A stretch of 64,000 bases of DNA from an uncultured Gammaproteobacteria bacterium (GTDB taxonomy: Bacteria > Pseudomonadota > Gammaproteobacteria > JAJDYQ01): contig CALODD010000085.1 in the NCBI GenBank assembly GCA_942491945.1, positions 4,311 through 68,310 on the forward strand, written 5' to 3'. The notes below the pieces were generated by a model, which did no database searches, was not told the DNA's origin, and worked only from the letters and a program-made list of their open reading frames with translations. Both the position numbers and the translations under genes were made by a program. This document shows positions 51,850-61,485 of the stretch, piece after piece (the stretch's first letter is position 1; every line of letters starts with the position of its first letter).

Positions 51850-53154
51850 ATGCCACTTCAGATTCTAGGAATTAACCACACGACTGCGCCCGTCGAGATT
51901 CGGGAACGGGTGGTTATTCCTGAAAGCCGGCTTTCTGAGGCACTTTCCAGCCTGACAGAGGTTGAGGGCATCAACGCTGGCGTCATAGTTTCCACCTGTA
52001 ATCGCACCGAACTCTACTGCGAAACAGAGTTTGATGAAGTCGACCCGATGACCGCCTGGATGGCGAACTTCCATGATCTGAAAACCGGTGACATCACCGG
52101 CTGTATCTATCATCACCAGCATGAAGAGGCGATTCGACATATTTTGCGTGTCGCCAGTGGTCTGGATTCTATGGTACTGGGCGAGCCTCAGGTGCTCGGA
52201 CAGCTAAAAAACGCCTATCAGGCGGCCATTGACCATCACGCCCTGGGAATTCACCTCGATCGCCTGTTCCAGCATACATTCTCTGTCGCCAAGCAGGTGC
52301 GCTCAGAGACCAGTATCGGCTCCAGCCCGGTTTCTGTTGCCTATGCTGCGGTTACCCTTGCGAAGCAGATTTTTGCGGATATGAGCAAACAGACCGCTTT
52401 ACTCATTGGGGCTGGCGAAACCAACGAGCTGGTCGCACGCCATCTACACAACCATGATATTGGCCGAATCATCATTGCGAACCGTAGCTATGATCGGGCA
52501 CACCACCTGGCGAAGCAGTTCGATGCCTACGCCATCGAGCTTTCAGAAATATCATCTCATCTTGCTGAAGCCGATATCGTGATTTCCTCCACCGCCAGCG
52601 ATGAACCGATTCTGACACTGGAATATGCCAAAGACGCCGTAAAAAAACGTCGTCACCGCCCTATGTTGATGGTCGATATCGCTGTACCTCGCGACATTGA
52701 TCCAGCAATTGAACAGCTGGAAGATATCTATCTGTACAGCGTGGATGATATGCAGGGCATCATCCAGGAGAACATGAAATCCCGTGAAGCTGCGGCTGAA
52801 GAGGCACAGGACATCATTGAAGAACATGTCAGCCAGTTCATGGGCTGGATAAGAACTCGGGATGCCGTCCCAACGATTCGCGGTGTACGTGACTGGGCTG
52901 AAGAATTAAAGACTGAAGTCGCCGACAAAGCTCGTCGCCAGCTAGCTCAGGGCAAATCACCCGATGATGTCATCAATCAACTGGCACACAACTTGACCAA
53001 CAAACTGATTCACCAACCTTGCACCCGTTTACGCGAAGCTGGTTTTCAGCAGGAAGAAGACATCATCGAAGCCGCACGTCATTTATTCGGCCTTGATGAA
53101 TCAGAAGATACACCAACCGACAAGCCAACTAAAAAGCCCAACGAGATAAAATAA
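51850..53154 (+). CDS. hemA: Glutamyl-tRNA reductase
   Basis: 434-aa ORF with LGINH.TAPV..RE, STCNRTELY and GAGE....VA.HL. Confidence 0.96.
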   Translation: MPLQILGINHTTAPVEIRERVVIPESRLSEALSSLTEVEGINAGVIVSTCNRTELYCETEFDEVDPMTAWMANFHDLKTGDITGCIYHHQHEEAIRHILRVASGLDSMVLGEPQVLGQLKNAYQAAIDHHALGIHLDRLFQHTFSVAKQVRSETSIGSSPVSVAYAAVTLAKQIFADMSKQTALLIGAGETNELVARHLHNHDIGRIIIANRSYDRAHHLAKQFDAYAIELSEISSHLAEADIVISSTASDEPILTLEYAKDAVKKRRHRPMLMVDIAVPRDIDPAIEQLEDIYLYSVDDMQGIIQENMKSREAAAEEAQDIIEEHVSQFMGWIRTRDAVPTIRGVRDWAEELKTEVADKARRQLAQGKSPDDVINQLAHNLTNKLIHQPCTRLREAGFQQEEDIIEAARHLFGLDESEDTPTDKPTKKPNEIK

Positions 53155-53157
53155 ATC

Positions 53158-54237
53158 ATGCAGGCATCGATACTCGAAAAGCTGGAAGGCATTGCTGATC
53201 GCCATGAAGAACTGGAAGGACTATTAGCCCAGCCAGAAGTCATGAATGACCAGAACCAGTTCCGTAGCTATTCCCAGGAATATGCTCAACTGGGGAGCGT
53301 GGTCACCGCCTATCACGAATTTCGCCAGATTCATGAAGACATGGATGCAGCAAAAGAAATGATGTCTGACCCTGAAATGAAGGACATGGCGGCAGAGGAA
53401 ATCAAGGAAGGCGAAGCTCGTCTGGAGGTACTGGAGTTAGATCTACAAAAACTCTTACTGCCTAAAGATCCACATGATGACAGCAACATCTTCCTCGAAA
53501 TCCGTGCAGGAACTGGCGGCGATGAAGCTGCAATTTTTTCGGGTGATCTGTTCAAAATGTATAGCCGCTATGCAGAAACACAGCGCTGGCAAATCGAAAT
53601 CATTAACGAAAGCCTTGGCGAACACGGCGGCTATAAAGAAATCATCGCCCGTGTCGTGGGTCAGGGTGCATACTCCAAACTGAAATTTGAATCTGGCGCA
53701 CACCGTGTACAGCGTGTCCCCGAAACCGAGTCACAGGGGCGTATCCATACCTCGGCCTGCACGGTTGCCATCATGCCGGAACTCGATGCCGTGGAAGAAT
53801 TCGACATCAATCCAAATGACCTGCGTGTAGATACCTTCCGCGCATCAGGTGCTGGTGGGCAGCACGTCAATAAAACCGATTCCGCAATTCGTCTCACGCA
53901 TTTACCGACAGGTGTTGTTGTTGAATGTCAGGATGAACGTTCGCAACATAAGAACAAGGCCCGCGCGATGTCATTATTACAGTCGCGTCTATTAACGGCT
54001 GAACAGGACAAGCAGGCTGCTGAACAGGCGCAGACACGACGCAGTCTGGTCGGTAGTGGCGACCGATCAGAACGCATCAGAACCTATAATTTCCCACAGG
54101 GTCGTGTAACCGACCATCGAATCAACTTAACACTGTATTCACTTGCTGAAGTTATGGGTGGCGACCTCGGACAGGTACTTGAACCACTGGTCAACGAATA
54201 TCAGGCGGATCAGCTCGCTGCTCTGGCAGAGAGCTAA
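53158..54237 (+). CDS. prfA: Peptide chain release factor 1
   Basis: 359-aa ORF with the PET tripeptide region ([16 protein letters not shown]) and the GGQ motif ([14 protein letters not shown]). Confidence 0.97.
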   Translation: MQASILEKLEGIADRHEELEGLLAQPEVMNDQNQFRSYSQEYAQLGSVVTAYHEFRQIHEDMDAAKEMMSDPEMKDMAAEEIKEGEARLEVLELDLQKLLLPKDPHDDSNIFLEIRAGTGGDEAAIFSGDLFKMYSRYAETQRWQIEIINESLGEHGGYKEIIARVVGQGAYSKLKFESGAHRVQRVPETESQGRIHTSACTVAIMPELDAVEEFDINPNDLRVDTFRASGAGGQHVNKTDSAIRLTHLPTGVVVECQDERSQHKNKARAMSLLQSRLLTAEQDKQAAEQAQTRRSLVGSGDRSERIRTYNFPQGRVTDHRINLTLYSLAEVMGGDLGQVLEPLVNEYQADQLAALAES

Positions 54238-54428
54238 TGCTCGCCACCGAAACCAGGCCGATACAATGCCCCTATTGCGGGGAGTCATTTGAAATCGTCA
54301 TCGACTGCAGCATATCGCAGCAATCGTATATCGAAGATTGCTATATCTGCTGCAAGCCCATTAACTTCCACATCGCTATTGATGAAGATGGCGCCGTTGA
54401 TGTAGATCCCAGACATCAAGATGCCTAA
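54237..54428 (+). CDS. CPXCG-motif cysteine-rich small protein
   Basis: 63-aa ORF with CPYCGESFE...YIEDCYICCKPI. It has an ATGA overlap with the prfA stop. Confidence 0.7.
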   Translation: MLATETRPIQCPYCGESFEIVIDCSISQQSYIEDCYICCKPINFHIAIDEDGAVDVDPRHQDA

Positions 54429-54930
54429 TCAGCTAGCAAGCGACCTGAACACCTCAGGCTTTAGTCGTCGCCACTATCACAGTATCCGTGAGCACCTTGT
54501 TGAATTATCGTATTTACTGAGACGACTTCCGAAAGTTATTTCCTATTATTCGCGGTTACCGGCCGATTTACGCGAACGCTTGATGTTGACGATAACTGCC
54601 GTCAATCAATGCTATTACTGTCAGGCCTTTCATACCCAATTGGCAAAAGCTGCCGGCATCAGTCATGAGGAATGTGAACTTATCAACTCCGGACAGATTG
54701 ATCCGAACACTCCAGACACTCAGCGGCCAGCATTAGCATATGCGCACTCATGGGCATCCCATGGCGGTGATTTCAATGCGAATGCACGACCCGCTTTGCA
54801 AGCTAATTATCCAGAAGAAATGATCGATGCCATAGAACTCGCAATACGTGGTATTTGGGTTGGCAACCTTTCAGGCAACACCTGGGACTACTGGCTATAT
54901 CGCCTGACGTTCGGTCGCTTCGGTCAATAA
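54421..54930 (+). CDS. Carboxymuconolactone decarboxylase / AhpD-like family protein
   Basis: 169-aa ORF with the CxxC-containing string VNQCYYCQAFH typical of AhpD/CMD-fold proteins. It overlaps the preceding ORF by 8 nt. Confidence 0.6.
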   Translation: MPNQLASDLNTSGFSRRHYHSIREHLVELSYLLRRLPKVISYYSRLPADLRERLMLTITAVNQCYYCQAFHTQLAKAAGISHEECELINSGQIDPNTPDTQRPALAYAHSWASHGGDFNANARPALQANYPEEMIDAIELAIRGIWVGNLSGNTWDYWLYRLTFGRFGQ

Positions 54931-55545
54931 GCCAAGTTGTTTTAGGACAGGTACAACACCTTGGCCACCTGTTACGTGAATGGCCTGCAGACCAAGCGAC
55001 TGAGCTGCATCCACATTTGCTTGCAGATCATCAAGAAACAGCACTTCACTCGCTTCAATCTCTAGCTTTTCAAGCACTGTATGAAATGTATCTGGATGCG
55101 GTTTCATTACACCTAACTGGTGGGAACTTATGCAGTCGGGAATAAATTCCGCAAGACGTAACTCATCCATTAGTCGAGGCCAGTGCAGCGCACTGGAGTT
55201 TGATAGCGCAGCCAGACGATAAGTATGAGATAACTCTTCAAGTGCATTATGGACATCATCAAAAACAACTCGCGGCCAATGCAAAAAGTGATGGTGAAAT
55301 TTGTCTGCGCTGACATTCAAGTTTGTTCGTTGAATAAAACTTGCGACGAACTCATCCTCGCTTATACGCCCCGACTCAAGATCACGCACGGCGTCAGATT
55401 CATTCCAGCATCGCCAGACATCGTGATTCGTTGCATGAGGGCCTAACCATTTCGAATTGAATGGCATGCCATCGAGATGAACCAGTACGCCACCGATATC
55501 AAACAGTAGCGTGGTTACTTTCTGAAGATTAACATCCATGTTCAT
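54895..55545 (-). CDS. HAD-superfamily hydrolase (subfamily IA)
   Basis: 216-aa ORF with motif I LLFDIGGVL, motif II ALSNS, and the C-terminal FLDDLQANVDAA. Confidence 0.8.
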   Translation of the reverse strand: MNMDVNLQKVTTLLFDIGGVLVHLDGMPFNSKWLGPHATNHDVWRCWNESDAVRDLESGRISEDEFVASFIQRTNLNVSADKFHHHFLHWPRVVFDDVHNALEELSHTYRLAALSNSSALHWPRLMDELRLAEFIPDCISSHQLGVMKPHPDTFHTVLEKLEIEASEVLFLDDLQANVDAAQSLGLQAIHVTGGQGVVPVLKQLGLLTEATERQAI

Positions 55546-55561
55546 GCGCTTAAATTTAGAT

Positions 55562-55593
55562 TAAAAAGGGGCATAACATCCTGTTATGCCCCT
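55562..55593 (-). terminator. Rho-independent terminator after the alanine/cation symporter gene
   Basis: On the minus strand: AGGGGCATAAC-AGGAT-GTTATGCCCCT followed by TTTTT, 10 nt after the stop codon. Confidence 0.8.
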
Positions 55594-55602
55594 GAACCAT
55601 AT

Positions 55603-56940
55603 TTATACTTTGTCGAAATAGTCTTTCGTGACTTTAAACACCACTGGACCCAGCAGGAGTAATGCAATCAGGTTCGGCAGTGCCATCATGGCATTCAGAG
55701 TATCAGCCAGCAGCCAGACAAACTTCAATTCGACCATTGCACCAACTGGAATCGCCAGCACCCATAGTATGCGGAAAGGCATCACAGACTTTATGCCAAA
55801 CAGAAACTCGACGCAGCGTTCACCATAAACACTCCAGCCCATAATCGTCGTGAAAGCGAAAATGATCAGACCAAAGGTCACAACCCATTCACCAAAACCC
55901 GGCAAACCCTGACCGAATGCAGCAGAGGATAATGATGCGCCTGACTCACCTCCTGTCCATGCTCCAGTGAGTACAATAACCAACGCTGTGATCGTACAAA
56001 CGATCAAGGTATCGATGAAAGTACCCAACATGGCAATAGAACCCTGACGTACCGGGTTATCGGTCTGTGCTGATGCATGCGCGATTGGCGCAGAACCCAG
56101 ACCCGCTTCGTTAGAGAAAACACCACGAGCAACACCCATCTGGATCGCGATCATTACACCTGCACCCGCAAAACCGCCAGTTGCCGCAGTGGGATTGAAT
56201 GCATGAGTCACAATCAAGCCGATGGCTGCAGGTACATCAGTGATGTTTACAGCAATAACAACCAGACCACCTAATACATAGGCAATGGCCATAAATGGCA
56301 CCAGGGCACCAGCCACTTGCGCAATACGCTTGATCCCGCCAATCAATACCGCGAATACAATCACCGCCATGATGATGCCGGTCGCAATCGGTGGAATGCT
56401 AAGATTAGTCTGTACCGCATCAGCAACCGAATTCGCCTGCACCATGTTACCAATGCCGAAACCAGCAATTGCGCCAAAAATCGAGAAAGCGACTGCCAGC
56501 CATTGCCACTTCGCTCCAAGGCCATTTTTAATGTAATACATCGGGCCACCGACGTGATTTCCCTCTTCATCGGTCTCACGGTATTTCACCGCTAACACGG
56601 CTTCGGCATATTTCGTCGCCATACCCACCAGCGCCGTACACCACATCCAGAACACTGCACCTGGGCCACCAATCGCAATTGCCGTACCCACACCCGCGAT
56701 GTTACCGGTACCGATGGTTGCCGAAAGTGACGTCATCAGAGCATTAAACGGCGAGATATCGCCATCACCCTGACCTTCGCGCCCTTTCCAGAGCATAGAA
56801 AAACCATAGCCGACTTTTCGCCATGGCATGAATTTGAGTCCTACGGTTAAAAATAAACCCGTACCCAGAATCAGAACCAGCATCGCCGGTCCCCATACGA
56901 TCCCGTTTAACCAACCTACTGCTTCAGTGACAGCTTCCAT
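55603..56940 (-). CDS. Alanine/glycine:cation (sodium) symporter, AGCS family
   Basis: 445-aa multi-TM ORF with SPFNALMTSLSATIGTGNIAGVGTAIAIGGPGAVFWMW and GVFSNEAGLGSAPIAH. Confidence 0.92.
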   Translation of the reverse strand: MEAVTEAVGWLNGIVWGPAMLVLILGTGLFLTVGLKFMPWRKVGYGFSMLWKGREGQGDGDISPFNALMTSLSATIGTGNIAGVGTAIAIGGPGAVFWMWCTALVGMATKYAEAVLAVKYRETDEEGNHVGGPMYYIKNGLGAKWQWLAVAFSIFGAIAGFGIGNMVQANSVADAVQTNLSIPPIATGIIMAVIVFAVLIGGIKRIAQVAGALVPFMAIAYVLGGLVVIAVNITDVPAAIGLIVTHAFNPTAATGGFAGAGVMIAIQMGVARGVFSNEAGLGSAPIAHASAQTDNPVRQGSIAMLGTFIDTLIVCTITALVIVLTGAWTGGESGASLSSAAFGQGLPGFGEWVVTFGLIIFAFTTIMGWSVYGERCVEFLFGIKSVMPFRILWVLAIPVGAMVELKFVWLLADTLNAMMALPNLIALLLLGPVVFKVTKDYFDKV

Positions 56941-57049
56941 ATGATCCCCCTGTTATTATCATCTCTGGTGGTCAGCTGATATTACCTGTCATGCAGGACA
57001 ATGCAAAACCCCACATAGCCTCTTTTTAAGACAAGAACGGACAAATCAA

Positions 57050-58054
57050 CTAGATATCATGTGCCAACCGAAAGCCAACATCATTAAATGTTGCCCCCTG
57101 CGGCCACTTTTCGCGGTGCGCTGACTTCAGGCCATCGGCCCAGTGATCCCAGGAGCCACCTCTGACCACACGTCGATTACAGCCTTCTGATTCAAAGGCA
57201 CTGCCGTCAACAGGAGACTGCGAATAATCCTCTGTATAACAATCCTGCAGCCACTCCCAGACATTGCCATGCATATCATGTAGTCCCCAGTCATTAGCCA
57301 GTTTCTTAGCAACATGTTGTGCACGGCCTTCCGAGTTATTCAAATACCAGGAAAATAAAGCTAGCTCGCTCTCGTCATCACCAAAAGAGTAGTCGGAATC
57401 AGAGCCCGCACGACAGGCATACTCCCACTCAGCCTCTGTCGGTAGCCGATAGCTTTTACCCGAGTGTAGATTTAACCAGTCGATATATTCCTGTGCACCA
57501 TCCCAACTCACTTCTACGACTGGCGCCTCACCGCCCCAGTCATAATGCAGATGCTCTTTCTCAGTTAGTACATGACGATACTGTCGGCCTTCTTCCAGCT
57601 TTGCATCGAAATAGCGTTTATATTCACGGTAAGTAACGGGTGTTTTTGCCAGTAGAAAATCATGCTCGATTGTCACCTCATGTAACCGACTAGCATCCAT
57701 TTCACTAGCGCCTCCCATGACAAACTTACCTGCTGAGATAGTGATCATTTCAGGTTCTATAAAATCGACCTTATTGACTGCTTTTTCCTGAATTGCCTCA
57801 ACTGGATCATCGATCAGCTTATATTCACCGGTCATGTTCTCGGCTGTCAGTTCATCTACTGCGCCCCAGATGCTATTAGATGTTTCACTTGCACCTGTAT
57901 TAGACGATGGATTGTTTTTCACTGTTTCAATTTCTTTCTCACACCAGCTCACAAATGTTTTTAGTTTCTGATAATCCTGCTTTAACTCGGTCGCGGTTTT
58001 GACTTGTTGCACAATGCGTTGCAAGAGTTGTTGGTAATCATTCATCGTATCCAT
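57050..58054 (-). CDS. Formylglycine-generating-enzyme (SUMF1/FGE-sulfatase) domain protein with a ~100-aa coiled-coil N-terminal extension
   Basis: 334-aa ORF with GKFVMGG, YRLPTEAEWEYACRAGS, HDMHGNVWEW, RVVRGGSW and GFRLA. Confidence 0.85.
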   Translation of the reverse strand: MDTMNDYQQLLQRIVQQVKTATELKQDYQKLKTFVSWCEKEIETVKNNPSSNTGASETSNSIWGAVDELTAENMTGEYKLIDDPVEAIQEKAVNKVDFIEPEMITISAGKFVMGGASEMDASRLHEVTIEHDFLLAKTPVTYREYKRYFDAKLEEGRQYRHVLTEKEHLHYDWGGEAPVVEVSWDGAQEYIDWLNLHSGKSYRLPTEAEWEYACRAGSDSDYSFGDDESELALFSWYLNNSEGRAQHVAKKLANDWGLHDMHGNVWEWLQDCYTEDYSQSPVDGSAFESEGCNRRVVRGGSWDHWADGLKSAHREKWPQGATFNDVGFRLAHDI

Positions 58055-58866
58055 TCCCGTGCTAACTGGTACAGATCGTTCGGTACTTCATTATCGAGTT
58101 TTAATTCAACTAACTCAGAATGAATTAAAGATTCAAATCCCTTCACTTCATCCTGCTTATCCATTAAAAAAGTGGGCATCGCTTTTATTAGCTGTTCCAG
58201 CTCTGAACCGTTATCAAACTCTTGTTGCTTGAACATCAACCAAACCCAGTAACCAGAAAAACCTTCGACCTCATAAAAACGCTGCAGAATATCAATATCA
58301 TCTTCCGTCAACTTTCCTGGCAATCCACTTAAAACCAGTATTCGTGTCGGTAAAGACAGTTCCAGCTCGGCAGACCTCGGCCTGAAATACTCCTCCGCGA
58401 TTAAAGATAATTGGTCCCGGGCCGGCACCTGCCGATTCAACAAGCCAGGGAATAAGTCTTCCGTATTTCCATTAGCGGTAAAGTCCAGATGATGTATGAA
58501 CGGACGATCTCCAGCCATATCAACGGATATACGCAACAGAAGCTTTTGCACCAGAGTAACTGCATCATTAGTACGCTCGGCAGTATGACGAAAGCAAAGA
58601 TGAGGCCGTGAAAATTCAACGCAGGCAGGAAGCTTACCTTCCACTAACTGATAAACGCCGACTCTTAGATAATCCGGGCGGGCTTTACGAGCATGTTCCG
58701 ACATTACACTAAACGAACTTGTCGAAGCACTTTGCTCACACCATGCTCTTAACTCACCGACTGAATCACGGTAACCCTGATCCATTTCTTTTAACCGCTT
58801 TCGAAAATGCGGCTTCAGGTTATCCTTCAGTCCATCTAGTTGACGTTGCAATGCTTCTAAAGACAT
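58042..58866 (-). CDS. Hypothetical protein, possibly a degenerate (inactive) FtsK/HerA-like P-loop domain
   Basis: 274-aa ORF whose stop overlaps the FGE gene start by 13 nt. RPHLCFRHTAERTNDAVTLVQKLLLRI...RPFIHHLDF aligns by eye with the Walker A/B layout of FtsK-like ATPases, but it lacks the GKS/T residues. Confidence 0.45.
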   Translation of the reverse strand: MSLEALQRQLDGLKDNLKPHFRKRLKEMDQGYRDSVGELRAWCEQSASTSSFSVMSEHARKARPDYLRVGVYQLVEGKLPACVEFSRPHLCFRHTAERTNDAVTLVQKLLLRISVDMAGDRPFIHHLDFTANGNTEDLFPGLLNRQVPARDQLSLIAEEYFRPRSAELELSLPTRILVLSGLPGKLTEDDIDILQRFYEVEGFSGYWVWLMFKQQEFDNGSELEQLIKAMPTFLMDKQDEVKGFESLIHSELVELKLDNEVPNDLYQLAREWIR

Positions 58867-58928
58867 ATCGGCTGGTTATTTAATGACACTAACTATAGAG
58901 CAGCTTAACTGACCAGGAGTTCACTCAT

Positions 58929-59339
58929 TCAACTACTCAAACGACGCCAGTATGTGGCTCGCCAATAGTAAAGCACTGTTGTATCGACATAGGGATATGT
59001 CGTGGCATAGTCTTCACCGCGATGCGGCGTTTCAATGTTATCGATATTAGAATCAAGCGGACGCCAGTCGGACTCTCGTGCTTTACCGGGTAACGGCTTT
59101 TGCGCCTCCAGTGCTCTACGCTTTGAACAACTGCCAAACTGGACGTAGTTTAGTTGTGCCTGAAGCAACGAAACATCGTTAACGCCACCAACCATATCTG
59201 CAAAACGCAGCTGAGATAAATCGTCTTCCCAACGACAGATCGGGCAAGTTTCATGATTACCCGGTTGCCGACGGAACACTACGTGGCCACAACAAGGACA
59301 GGGATACTGAACTTCTGGTTGAGTGAACATATGTTTCAC
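58929..59339 (-). CDS. CPCC-family cysteine-rich protein
   Basis: 136-aa ORF with YPCPCCGHVVF...HETCPICRWEDD...GGVNDVSLLQAQLNY, which matches the Cys_rich_CPCC family from memory. Confidence 0.7.
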   Translation of the reverse strand: MKHMFTQPEVQYPCPCCGHVVFRRQPGNHETCPICRWEDDLSQLRFADMVGGVNDVSLLQAQLNYVQFGSCSKRRALEAQKPLPGKARESDWRPLDSNIDNIETPHRGEDYATTYPYVDTTVLYYWRATYWRRLSS

Positions 59340-59365
59340 TATACAAGCAGTTTAGATAAAGTTCA

Positions 59366-60265
59366 TCATTCGTCTGGCGGCGACACCACACTAGTTTCAT
59401 ACGCATAACGCTGCGTAATATTGCCAGCATGCATAAATACATCCAGCAGTTTTTCGTAATAAGCCCGGGGTATTCGCACCTCAGGCTCCCAGGTACCCAT
59501 CTGTTGATAGATCGCTATTGTATCGCTTAGGACATTGATATCGATATCTGGTAAGTAATGATGAATGGCTTTTGCCACATCTACTGCCGATGACTCAATG
59601 ACGAACATTCTGGCTTTACGGTAGGCGCGCATATAGGCCTTAGCTTCATCCGTCTTCAGCCATTCACGTGTGGAACAAATTGAACTAAAGGCAACAGGGC
59701 CGACAGCTTCTCCTACCGACGCAACAACGAATCCCTGACCATCATGTTCCAGTTGTTGTGGCGCAGGCCCCTGCTGATGCACGTAATCACCTTGTCCCTG
59801 ACGAAATGTATCGTCCATCTGCTTTACATCACCAGCATCAATCACATTCAGGTCATCATAGCTAACTCCATGCTTATGTAAGGAATACTTCAACATTGCT
59901 ATCGGTTGAAACAGGTGGTCTACCAGGACATCTTTACCAATAAGTTTGTCCCATGTGAACTGCTCATCAGGCTCTCGCGCGGTTATGAAAAAGCCATCCA
60001 TACGATTGATCTGGGCGAAGTGAACAATATCTGAATCGGCGCCTGCTTCTAAACTGGCAAAGTTAACCGCAACAGCCGATTGCGCCAGGTCGCAGCGACC
60101 TTCGGCAAATGCATCGGCAACAAGGTTGTCTGCCGTTTGTGGCGAATACTCGAATTCCAGCCCTTCGTCCTTGAGATAGCTACCACTCATGGTCATGAGA
60201 AAGGGTGCATAAAACGCAGAGTGGCGAAGCGCCATAATTCGTATTTTTGCCATAGCCCTATTCAC
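59366..60265 (-). CDS. NMT1/THI5-like (SsuA/TauA-type substrate-binding fold) protein, no obvious signal peptide
   Basis: 299-aa ORF with RIMALRHSAFYAPFL...GLEFEY. The periplasmic-binding-protein type II layout is judged by eye, so the family call is tentative. Confidence 0.5.
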   Translation of the reverse strand: MNRAMAKIRIMALRHSAFYAPFLMTMSGSYLKDEGLEFEYSPQTADNLVADAFAEGRCDLAQSAVAVNFASLEAGADSDIVHFAQINRMDGFFITAREPDEQFTWDKLIGKDVLVDHLFQPIAMLKYSLHKHGVSYDDLNVIDAGDVKQMDDTFRQGQGDYVHQQGPAPQQLEHDGQGFVVASVGEAVGPVAFSSICSTREWLKTDEAKAYMRAYRKARMFVIESSAVDVAKAIHHYLPDIDINVLSDTIAIYQQMGTWEPEVRIPRAYYEKLLDVFMHAGNITQRYAYETSVVSPPDE

Positions 60266-60295
60266 TCTTATTATTCAGGTACCCGAGGACTATAA

Positions 60296-60322
60296 CGAAA
60301 AAGGGCGCCAGTGGCGCCCTTT
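60296..60322 (-). terminator. Rho-independent terminator after fba
   Basis: On the minus strand: AAGGGCGCC-ACT-GGCGCCCTT followed by TTTTT, about 25 nt after the fba stop. Confidence 0.8.
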
Positions 60323-60347
60323 CTCAATACAGCTTTTGAAAATCAGA

Positions 60348-61412
60348 TTAGCTAACTTTCTGATCCAGCTCGCCGCTCGCATAACGCTCGAACATAACCT
60401 CAAGAGACAGAGGCTTGATCTTTGATGCATGACCAGCAGAACCAAAAGCTTCAAAGCGTGCCTGACAGATTGCTTTCATACCCGCAGTTGATTCCTTAAG
60501 GAATTTACGTGGGTCAAAGTTTGAAGTATTTTCTGCCAGGTGCTTACGGATAGAGCCAGTAGACGCCATACGCAGGTCAGTGTCGATATTAACTTTACGA
60601 ACACCGTGCTTGATACCTTCAACGATCTCTTCAACCGGTACACCGTAAGTCTGACCCATATCACCGCCGTAGCTATTGATGATTTCCAGCCAGTCCTGAG
60701 GCACTGAAGAAGAACCGTGCATAACCAGGTGTGTGTTAGGAATACGTTCGTGAATTTCTTTGATGCGGTCGATACGCAGCACATCACCCGTAGGCTCAGC
60801 GGTGAACTTGTAAGCACCGTGTGAAGTACCAATCGCGATAGCTAGTGCGTCTACGCCAGTCGCTTTAACGAAGTCAGCTGCTTCTTCAACACCTGTCAGC
60901 AACTGATCCATATCCAGTTTGCCTTCAGCACCATGGCCGTCTTCTTCACCCATTTCGCCAGTTTCCAGTGAACCCAGGCAGCCCAGCTCGCCTTCGACTG
61001 ATACACCGCCCGCATGAGCAATATCAACAACAGTCTTAGTCACATCTACGTTATATTCGAAAGAAGCAGGTGTCTTCATGTCCGCCATCAGTGAACCGTC
61101 CATCATGACTGACGAGAAACCAGACTGGATAGAACGCAGGCAAACCGCTGGCTCAGAACCGTGATCCTGATGCATAACGATTGGAATGTGTGGGTACTGC
61201 TCAATCGCAGCAATGATCAGGTGACGCAGGAAAGGCTCGCCCGCATATGAACGTGCACCAGCAGAACCCTGCATGATTACTGGGCTGTCTGCCGCATCGG
61301 CAGCCTGCATGATAGCGTGTACCTGCTCCATGTTGTTTACATTGAATGCTGGCATGCCGAAATCATTTTCAGCTGCATAGTCCAGCAGTTGACGCATTGA
61401 AATAAGAGCCAT
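60348..61412 (-). CDS. fba: Fructose-bisphosphate aldolase, class II
   Basis: 354-aa ORF with [23 protein letters not shown] and [10 protein letters not shown]. Confidence 0.96.
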   Translation of the reverse strand: MALISMRQLLDYAAENDFGMPAFNVNNMEQVHAIMQAADAADSPVIMQGSAGARSYAGEPFLRHLIIAAIEQYPHIPIVMHQDHGSEPAVCLRSIQSGFSSVMMDGSLMADMKTPASFEYNVDVTKTVVDIAHAGGVSVEGELGCLGSLETGEMGEEDGHGAEGKLDMDQLLTGVEEAADFVKATGVDALAIAIGTSHGAYKFTAEPTGDVLRIDRIKEIHERIPNTHLVMHGSSSVPQDWLEIINSYGGDMGQTYGVPVEEIVEGIKHGVRKVNIDTDLRMASTGSIRKHLAENTSNFDPRKFLKESTAGMKAICQARFEAFGSAGHASKIKPLSLEVMFERYASGELDQKVS

Positions 61413-61485
61413 TATTGTCTCCTCGCTTGTTTAGTAATTTAGGTTTTAAAGTTTCAATAAAATTAGTGGTTCATGAAAGATAGCT

